Source: Asterias amurensis
Taxonomy: Eukaryota
Reading direction: 5' to 3'
NCBI RefSeq assembly: GCF_032118995.1
Contig: NC_092653.1
Span: 7,187,031 to 7,251,030 of the forward strand
Length of the DNA: 64,000 nt
The notes under the pieces are model-generated. The model was given only the letters and a program-made list of their open reading frames with translations. It ran no database searches and was not told the DNA's origin. Numbering within the stretch: position 1 is the first letter of the stretch; every line of letters begins with the position of its first letter. The translations under genes were made by a program, and so were the position numbers. Positions 55,433 to 64,000 of this stretch are shown piece by piece.

Positions 55433-56916
55433 CTTCTATTCAACCAAAAAGTAACCAGAGTAAAGGTCATGACCCGAGTTGAAATATTCCAATGTTTCTT
55501 ATGTTAAGTATAACAGTATTTATGTTTCTAAAACAAAATAAAATTTCTGTTTAATATAATTTTTTCCAGACACTATTACAAGAAAATATTGTTTCAAAGA
55601 GACAACAGTAAACCAATGTCTGTGTGTATAGTGAGGATTATACAGAAATGAATGATCTCTCAATAGTTAAACAAATAATAATCTCCAACCATCCATCATC
55701 TCATCAGGGAGTTCTCTGAATTTGTACTGCAGGCCAAAACAACAGTTGCTTATCATTGAAACTGGTGTACCAGTTTTATCAAATTCCGAAACATCTAGGT
55801 TTGAGTTATCATAAAGTGGAGTATTTTTGGGGCCAAAGACGCTATAAGGTTAAATAGTATGAAATTAGGAATAAAAACATGTACAGTATATTTATTTAAT
55901 TTTTGGGGTTGATATGTATATTTATTTAGACAGTTGTGACATTTTCTGCTGGGCTGATCAATATCTGAACAACCAGGCTTTATCCCAAGCCATGTGCATT
56001 CTTCATGAGAATGAAAATGACAGAATGAAGTGGATAATGATGCTGACAAATCGAGTTGTACCAGGCTCACAATTCACATCACTTTTAAAATTGATGTAAG
56101 GTTCGAGCTTTGTTTATAAAGGAAAGGGCTGTCATAGTACTTCCAAGAAATCACTGGCAATAAAAATCTATTCGAAGTTAAACAAGTTTGTTGTTTATTA
56201 TTTCTGCCATGTTGTATCCATTAAAAAAATCATAAATAGTCAAACAATCACTCGTCAGTACAATGAAAGATCACGAAAAACAAATAATTCCTCTGAGAAA
56301 CATGTATCATGTTTTTAATTTTAGATTAAAAAGATTATACCGATCTGTCTAGAAGTAAAGAGAATAATTTTATCTGTAATTATTGCATACACTTTGGAAT
56401 CTTTATATCCAAATTTGTAATCAGATATTAGAAAATTTAAGTGCAAACTCTCTTTTGTTTAACTGCAGTTTTCAAAACTATGCATAAATATCTTTGAAAA
56501 TATCTAAATCTTGAAGAATCCACATCATAAATTACACCCGACACACATTTAGAAGCAAGTTTTTACGCAAGCATAAATTAGGTAAATTTTCATACACTAT
56601 CTATAATGCGCCTTATTAGTAACCACATCACACAAACATTTTTAAGATGCTAAATTTCATGAGATATAAAAACTACCCATATTTTGCTTGGTTGGCGATT
56701 CAAAGATAGGAAAGTAAATTTAGTGTTAAGGGCTGGCCACCTCAACTGAATGATGTAAATTTTTGCCCCCCCAAAACTTAGTTTGAAAATGTAACCGAGT
56801 CAAATCAACCATTGGAGTTATAAACAAATTGAAAAAAAATCAGAAAAAACCCAACCCTGTGTAACTGTCCTCAATTTGGATTTCATGACAGCTACAAACA
56901 GAAATTGCCTTTGTAA

Positions 56917-57087
56917 AGCCCTGTCAATGCGAATGGGATGTGAATTTTGACCTCACTAATTCGCAACTAACAATTCCCAAGAGTTGAGATGTGCTGAACT
57001 CCTGCGAAACATTCGCAGCAAAAGCAGAGCCATTACGTCATATTCCCTTTGCACAAAGCATTTGCAGGAAGTATGAACCGGGCTTTA
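56917..57087. mobile_element. Hairpin MITE family F copy (diverged)
   Basis: ..ctgtcaatgcgaatgggatg...catttgcaggaagtatgaaccgggcttt. Confidence 0.65.
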
Positions 57088-57685
57088 CTCTTATATTGGC
57101 CTTGGTGTTATTTTATTGTTCACACAGAATTGCTGCTTTTGTAGTGGCCTCTTCAAACATAAAATCCAAGACCAGACAGTCACACAAGGAGTGTAAACTT
57201 AGTAGAAATTTGTTGGTAAACTCAAATAGAAAGACAAAGAATAAAAAAGACCCCACACAATAAGAGGTATAAGCTGCTATGTGAAACACAAAACACCATC
57301 AAAGACAATTTCAATCAAACTTAAACGCTATAGTGTAATGAAATCATTTCAAGGAATAATTTTTTACTGTTTGTTTTTGTAGAGAAAATGGTGCAGCCTT
57401 TCAAGTCTAAGAATTCAACACCAACCAAACACTTTAATGGCAAATTAAAGTTGTTTAAAACGCCAGGAAAAATTCAATTTGGCTTTATTCTGACATTATA
57501 TCTTAGTATGGCAGTCATTTGTAGAATGAAGAACCCATTTCTGTTTGTCATTTTTCATTATAAACTACATTCCAATCATACTTACTATCCGGATATGTTT
57601 ATCTGTAGAGCGCCCTCGTGTAGAGCGCCCTCAAGGATACGGTTGATTTAATATAATTAGCGATATGGTATTGGACTGACGCTTT

Positions 57686-57814
57686 CTAGTTGCCCTTCAC
57701 AAACTCTTCACCTTTAGCAATGTTCCCCTTGAGTTCGCCCATGGCTTCAGTAAGAAGTTTTTGCTCATAATCTGACAGCTTGCCGAAGCCCAAATTCTTC
57801 TCAAGACCATTTTT
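57686..57814 (-). CDS. MDH2: MDH2 exon 8, terminal ([42 protein letters not shown])
   Basis: Acceptor tttctag|AAA, TAG stop at 57686-57688. Confidence 0.85.
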   Translation of the reverse strand, partial: KNGLEKNLGFGKLSDYEQKLLTEAMGELKGNIAKGEEFVKGN

Positions 57815-60800
57815 CTAGATAAAAAAAAAGGAAACAAGAAAAACGTTTTCAACCATTGACCCAATTTCAGAGACCTCCTCTAGCTCTGCAAAATCAAAAT
57901 GCAGGTTTTTGTTCAAGGCGCACATTGCCTTCAAATCTCTCAACATTTTGAGGTTTGAAATTACTCCTCATCCCTTTTAAAGACACTGGACACTAATGGT
58001 AATTGTCAAAGACCAGTCTTCTCACTTGGTGTATCTCAATATATGGATAACATAACAAACCTGTGACAATTTGAGCTAAATTGCTCATCGAATTTGCGAA
58101 ATAATAATAAAAGAAAACACACCCTTGTCACACCAAGTTGTGTGCTTTCAGTGCTTGATTTCGAGACCTCAAATTCTAAACTTGAGGTCCCGAAATCAAA
58201 TTCGTGGAAAACTACTTCTTTCTCGAAAACTACGTCACTTCAGAGGGAGATGTTTCTCACAATGTTTTGTACTATCAACCTCTATCCATTACTCATTACC
58301 AAGTAAGGTTATATGCTAATAATTATTTTGAGTAGTTACCAATAGCGTCCACTGCCTTTAAGAATTGTTTAAACACTAAAACACATACAGTGTGTTTTTA
58401 TTAGTGAGTAGTGATTACAAAAACATGCATTTGAGTCTTGAAATACAACCAGCAGAATAAACGGTCTGCCATTTTGAGGAGAAAAAAAAATTGGTTAATA
58501 AATATTAAGAAGATGTTTCTGCTTGTAGAAATTAAGTTTGTTTTCAATGGAGCAATAACCCCCCAAAAATGAGCAGCAAGTAATTTTTTTGGGTGAGACA
58601 AAATTAACCTGTCAACCAAATTTTCAAAAACACAATCGCAAATAGTTCTTACCCCAAGCAAGATTGGATTGGCGAAGTATGAAGCCTCTGTAATGTCAGA
58701 CCTGACGTATGCGCACTCCACGACGCCTGCTTTGCCGTTCAGAGCTTCCAAAACCTAGGATTGATCACAAGGGGAGATTATTACAAACTGAATACAGCTA
58801 CAGCTACCAGAAGGTGTTACACTCCACAAAACAAAAATATATAACTGGATGTTTGCATAAAACAGTTAAAAAGCAAACACAAATACTTTTGCTAAACCTT
58901 AACTACTGTTCAGTATCCTCCACTATCAATAAGCTATACCTGCTTATTCTATGCCTATGACTAAAATGCATTAAGACAGTACACACATTATCTTATATAG
59001 CCTACACATTGTGGTTAGAAAAACAAAAGACAGCCAGACTTTTCTGGTCATAAGTTTACTGGGCAACACTATAACCACTGGCCTCCGGCCCGCAGCCCAG
59101 TGCAAAATTTAAGCCCTGTAGGTGCAGCTTATAAAGTCAAAATACAGATTTCAATAAAGAGGATACTCTGATTTTTCATTTCATTTTCACTAAATATTTT
59201 CGTGACCTGTTCTTGACTGTCTTTAAGTTAGGTAATTGTATACTTTTTTTGTTTATTAATCTCATTTTCTCACCAATATGGAAATAAATGTTGATTGAAT
59301 TGAAATTGAAGATGAGAGTGCCTTCTTCTATAGAAACACAGTATAAAGCTCATAAACCTATAAGAACACTTTCATTGATCTTATTCCCTCATGATGCGGT
59401 AAAGTCTTGCATCAGATTGAATCATATTTCTGTTCTCATTCCAAGATTTAAAAACAATACTCACAGAGGAAGCAAATCTTGCAGCAGCAAAAGCCATAGA
59501 CAATGTTGCAGATCCCTGGCAAAAGAAAAAAAAAGGATTATTGCAGATGAATAGATGTAGTTATAGATTTGAATCATTGCTTTAAAGGTAAGTAGTTAAG
59601 ACTCGGAAAATGAACGACCATAAAAACTTTATTGGTGAGTAGCACTGCAGCTGTTAATAGTACATGTACAACTTTTTTTCATACACTCCAATTATGACAG
59701 AAATTCTTGTCAAATGACAAGTGCATTATTTTGCCTGCCAGGAAATACCCTGGAATGAACAAGACTCTTTTCACAACAAGGTGACACAGTGTATTTCTTT
59801 GTCTTGTAACCCGATCAAACAGGGAGGGCCGCACTATTCACCCTTCCAGCCTCAGTTTGCTTGCATTGTATTAATGGAGAGAAAGAATTTGTATTTTTTG
59901 TTTACTTACAGCGCCTGCCTTGGCATTAACAACCTCGGTTCCTGCATTCTGGATACGATCAGATAACTTCTCCAACTCTTCATCGGAGAACGAAACAGGG
60001 GGCTGTGCCTAACAAATAAATTATTTACATAAATATTGAGGAATTATTTGTAAATGAATAAGATGTTGCATATGTCCTACAATATGTCTTTATTTGTTTA
60101 CTAACTTTACTTCAAACTTAATTTCGTTTTACTTCATTATTAATTTCACAAGATAGCACTGGCATACAAATAACTACAAATATATAATATATTACATTTA
60201 AATTTACTAAAATTGCTAAGTAGTAATAAGCAAAAAAGCAATTACAGAAAAAAACCCACACACAAAGAAAGGACACAGTGAAGGCAGGGCCTCCTGAGGA
60301 ATCAATTATTAAAATCTGGGCCTAATTTCATGGCTCTGCTTACCATCAGCAAAGTATCAACGCTTACAGAAGTAGGGAAATCCCCGCTTATGTCAGTTTA
60401 TTTCACAGGTAAGCAGGGAATGTTTGCTCATGCTTTCTTAATATTTCTTTCATTCTTTGTTAACACATCTAGCGCAGAAATTTGCCCTTGCCTTGTTAAC
60501 AAGAGCAGAATTGTTGTGGTAAGCAGAGCCCTGAAATTGGACCCTGGTTGTTCTCTTTATCCTTACTGCAAACTGGAAAATTTCACAAAACAACCACAAA
60601 TGATTGCAAAGAGAAGCGCGGTCGGAGACAAAAAATGATGAACAAGATTTTCCAAATCATACTTTCAATATTAAAAACTATGAGAGAGTTAACAAAGTAC
60701 CCTCACATTATTTAAGAAAAAATGCCTGTGCTGGAAAAATGTACCTGTACTGGAAAATTTCCTTTAAACATCATAGCCACAAATATTTGAAAATGATCGC

Positions 60801-63603
60801 AAAGAAACACAGTCAGAAAGGACAAAATAATTATCAAAGTGCTGCCAGAGTATTTAAGAACAGTGCCAAAAGTACCTGTGAGATAAGAGGGATGATAGTG
60901 ATTCCAGAGTGACCTCCGATGACCGGCACAGAGGTAGTAGCAACATCAAGCCCCTTCAACTCAGCGACAAACGTGTTTGATCTCACAATGTCCAAGGTGG
61001 TCACACCAAAGATGCGGGCGGGATCGTACACTCCGGCTTTCTTGTAGACCTCGGAGCAGATGGGGACAGTTGAGTTTACCTGATGTGACACAATTAAAAT
61101 AAAATAAATGTTTTCTTAAAATTCCTCGAGACTTTAAAGAATTATCAAGCAGTGTAGACTACTGAGACTGGAGTTGGTTTTTAACAATCAACTTGAACGA
61201 AGTCACTCAAACTAACTTGACTTTTCACCCTTGCAAGGGTAAAAAGTCAAATTAGCTGATTTACTTAAGTTTGTGTGTAGTTATTGTTTGATCAGTTTGA
61301 AGTTAGATAAGGATTGCTGGGGTGGATTTCACAAAGAATTGAGACTAGTCTTATCTCGACTTAGGACGAGTAAACTTAGGACGAGTTACTCGTCCTAACT
61401 TAGGACTAGCCATACATTTTTAACTAAGACTAGTCCTAAGTTAGGACTAGTCCTAACTCGACCCCAGAAATCGACCCCAGAAGTGTTATCTCTCTGTATT
61501 ACACGATCCCACTCACGCTTGTGTGAGAACCAATACCAGTACTAAGCCTAATCAGTACCATGAAAAACTCTTGATTCCATATCTATGGGCAAAACATACA
61601 AGTACACATTTAAAGCAAGCGACCATTTACTTACTGGATTTGTGATGATTCCCATGATGGCTTTGGGACAGTATTTAGCGGCAGCTTCACTCAGATTTCT
61701 GACGATAGATGCATTTGTATTGAACAGATCATCTCTCGTCATTCCTGGATTGAAGAAATTATATTGTGAGGCTAACTTAGCATTTGAAACAATGATTTGT
61801 AATGGAAATGAAACCTACTAAAAATCTTTAGGGTTTCAAAGATGAGAACTGTTAATTTTTTTTTAATTTTTGGTCTGAGCATTCACAAAACATAAACAAT
61901 TAAAATAAGATGACAAAAATTGATAAAGACAATGAAATCACATGAAATATTGGTAAAACAAGTTTTAAGCCAGCCTGCAACCATATGGTAAATATCACAA
62001 TACACACCATGTACATTGTTCGTACACAGAAAATGATACCAATAGTAGGAGGGTTAAACATTCATGAGGATATCAATCAAAGATTTACCAGGTTTCCTTG
62101 GTACTCCGGCAGGGATGAGAACCAGTTGACATCCCTCCAAGCACTGCTGTAGTTGTTCATTTCCCTGGTAACCAGCAACTTTAGCTGGAGTTTCAATATG
62201 ACTGAGGTCCGCAGCAACACCGGGTGTATTGACCACATCGAACAGCGCAAGGCTGCTGATCATTGGGTTGTTCTTGAGGAGAAGCGACAACGGTTGGCCG
62301 ATGCCACCAGCTGCACCAAGAACTGCTACTTTTTTATTGCTCTGTAAAAAGAAGAAAAAAAACCACAAATATAAAAAAACACCTGCACACCTTAGACCAA
62401 CACAAAGAGTTATGATGTACCTCTAATTGATTTAAAGATCAAATCTGTGTTCTTAGAAGAATGTTTGTCTTGATTTTTGAAAGTGGTAAAAATTTTGCAA
62501 ATCTTACCCAAAATGGTCGAAATTGCATATTTGTTAGTCTAGAATGACTTGGGTTCCGAAACCCTCCAGTCTGTGATGGACCATACATTTGAATACTCAG
62601 AAACACTCAGTATTCAAATGTATTTTTTTTTTCACTTATTTGTTTTTATTCTAAATATAAATTAACTTTAAACCATTGGAGATGCAGAAAAACAAAAAAT
62701 GAGCGCTTTGATATGGCCCGGCGTGTGCCCGTTTGAGTTTGCATCATGTGTGTGGCTCATGATTGTATAAAGAGCACAACACAGCCACAGAGTCGGAACG
62801 ATGCACAACTGGGTGTCACATACTTCTAGAAACAATAAAAAGCTTCCTCGTGAGCTTTTATAGTTACTAGAAGGAGAAGTAGGTGTCACAAGCCTACAAA
62901 AATATATAATAAAACAAAAATGAAGCATTGAAAATAGTAAGTTGTACTTATTCTTATTCTTACGTTCTTAATTCTTATTGTGGAAAAGTTTCCGTATGGC
63001 GCCACCACTTTTTCATTCAATATGAAATAATATAGTATCCAATTAACCTCTATGAGATATCCCTTTTAGAAAAAGTTTGTGAAAAAGTGGTGGCGAGGTG
63101 CGGAAAGTTATCCCTTATTATTAGATATCATATAGGCCTATATGGCAGTTTTTCACCACATTAATTATTAATAAAAGTTAAATTAAAGTTTGTTGCAATA
63201 TTATTAATTGATTGCATATTAAATAAAAGTAAATAAAATTGAAATAATTAATCAGTTTTTATTTTAAACTGCAATAAATTAAATAATAATTTTATTTGAT
63301 GAAAAAATGTAAGCGCTGAGCGGTAAATTTAATCAAAGACATTGTTGTACACTATCCACCCTCCCCATAACAACATTGAAAATACAAAACAAAAGTTAAA
63401 GTTTTAAAAAAGGACTCGGGACTCGCCGCCACCAACTACCTAGTCATGCCGGAGAGGCCGTTGCTGCCTGGTTCGCCTGTGTGTATAGGAAAATTGAACG
63501 TAATTATGAGGAAAGGCATTTTTACCTTGGCCGACAGAGACAACAATCGTCGCGTCTGGGTTGGAGTTCCCAGCCTCCTAAGAAGTACAACAGATCCCAG
63601 CAT
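57686..63603 (-). CDS. MDH2: Malate dehydrogenase, mitochondrial, gene span, 8 coding exons, 1020 nt = 339 aa
   Basis: Arg-rich presequence [26 protein letters not shown], then the NAD-binding motif [20 protein letters not shown], ..[24 protein letters not shown].., ..[18 protein letters not shown].. and C-terminal ..EFVKGN*. Close collinear match to animal MDH2. All phases are consistent. Confidence 0.92.
57981..58357. mobile_element. MITE family D copy, TTAA-flanked (57977-57980 / 58358-58361), in MDH2 intron 7
   Basis: Same TIRs and the same internal palindrome as 45870..46247. Confidence 0.85.
58653..58754 (-). CDS. MDH2: MDH2 exon 7 ([34 protein letters not shown])
   Basis: Acceptor atcctag|GTT, donor GGG|gtaaga. 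Confidence 0.85.
59465..59515 (-). CDS. MDH2: MDH2 exon 6 ([17 protein letters not shown])
   Basis: Acceptor ttgccag|GGA, donor TCT|gtgagt. Short exon of 51 nt. Confidence 0.8.
59910..60002 (-). CDS. MDH2: MDH2 exon 5 ([31 protein letters not shown])
   Basis: Acceptor gcacag|CCC, donor GCT|gtaagt. Confidence 0.85.
60317..60546. mobile_element. MITE family B copy in MDH2 intron 4
   Basis: gggcctaatttcatggctctgcttacc...ggtaagcagagccctgaaattggaccctgg. Confidence 0.8.
60876..61079 (-). CDS. MDH2: MDH2 exon 4 ([68 protein letters not shown])
   Basis: Acceptor catcag|GTA, donor CAG|gtactt. Confidence 0.9.
61635..61744 (-). CDS. MDH2: MDH2 exon 3 ([37 protein letters not shown])
   Basis: Acceptor aatccag|GA, donor CCA|gtaagt. 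Confidence 0.9.
62089..62341 (-). CDS. MDH2: MDH2 exon 2 ([84 protein letters not shown]-)
   Basis: Acceptor tttacag|AGC, donor CCTG|gtaaat, ends phase 1. Confidence 0.9.
63526..63603 (-). CDS. MDH2: MDH2 exon 1 (mitochondrial presequence [26 protein letters not shown])
   Basis: First ATG after an in-frame TAA at 63628-63630. Donor AAG|gtaaaa. Confidence 0.8.
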
Positions 63604-64000
63604 TGTCGGTGTATATAGACTCAACAATTAGAGATATAAATTTTGAAAAAGGGATGGTTTAATAACCGAAAAAACACGTGAATGTTGGAGGTATGTGACT
63701 CGTCCGCGACCACAACCGGCGAAAAAAGTTCAGAGAAAGGTCAAATTGTACGATCAGCTTGCTAGTGTCACCGCGCAGTCGCAACAGCGATTTCAGTACC
63801 CACAACGCCCCACAACGGAAGTACAGATTCTCCTTGGCAACTCATAACGCGGAAGTACGAAAAGCAGAAAGCAGACGACAAAAGGTAGAGCAGCAGGGTG
63901 AGTTTTTGTTTTGAGATTGCTCTTCTTCTCCTTTCTCTTGAGTGCACCTTCCGTAAATTTATTTTGTAAATGGCCATGTGCTGATGTGGAGAAAGGGGCA

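Overview
Eukaryotic (metazoan, invertebrate-deuterostome-like) nuclear DNA: spliced genes with GT-AG introns, ER and mitochondrial targeting peptides, and a very heavy MITE/SINE load. No prokaryotic features (no operons, CRISPR, rRNA). I reconstructed six protein-coding genes by hand translation and splice-site reading; for five of them the summed CDS is a multiple of 3 with exon phases that match throughout. The sixth (gene A, 1..4296 -) is one long open frame that runs off the window, spot-checked at 16 places:
(1) 1..4296 -, a giant single-exon ORF (>=1432 codons, 3' end off-window) for an acidic Ser/Asp/Glu-rich low-complexity protein with internal repeats.
(2) NF2/merlin, 15 coding exons, 11419..23783 -, 589 aa, ending in the merlin-specific ...RVAFFEEL.
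(3) Major vault protein (MVP), 14 coding exons, 26944..36904 -, 860 aa.
(4) A 2-exon secreted tocopherol-cyclase-family (VTE1/SXD1-like) protein, 41568..43166 -, 379 aa. This is unexpected in an animal genome and is the most interesting item.
(5) A mosaic serine protease (signal peptide, 5 LDL-receptor class A repeats, one thrombospondin type-1 repeat, trypsin domain), 11 exons, 44879..54955 +, 570 aa.
(6) Mitochondrial malate dehydrogenase MDH2, 8 exons, 57686..63603 -, 339 aa.
The ORF track appears to use bacterial start codons (GTG/TTG shown as M) and seems to omit ORFs with no in-window stop, which would explain why gene (1) is absent from it.
Intergenic and intronic DNA is dominated by at least six non-autonomous transposon families:
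- a 383-bp near-perfect foldback MITE with TTAA target-site duplications (4 copies);
- a ~380-bp TTAA-flanked MITE with TIR TTAAAGGCAGTGGACACTATTGGTAAT;
- a GGGCCCAATTTCATAGAGCTGCT-TIR MITE family (>10 copies);
- a ...CGGTAAGCAGAGCCATGAAATT-TIR MITE family;
- an AAGCCATTGGACCCTTTCGG-TIR MITE family;
- a ~190-bp hairpin MITE.
There are also two tRNA-derived SINE families.
Other structural points: a triplicated promoter+ATG unit at the MVP 5' end; a triplicated partial exon plus splice donor inside NF2 intron 10; a perfect 37+2+37 palindrome at 5619..5694; a cluster of TTGCATATGCAA palindromes around one foldback MITE; and a GC-AG intron in NF2.
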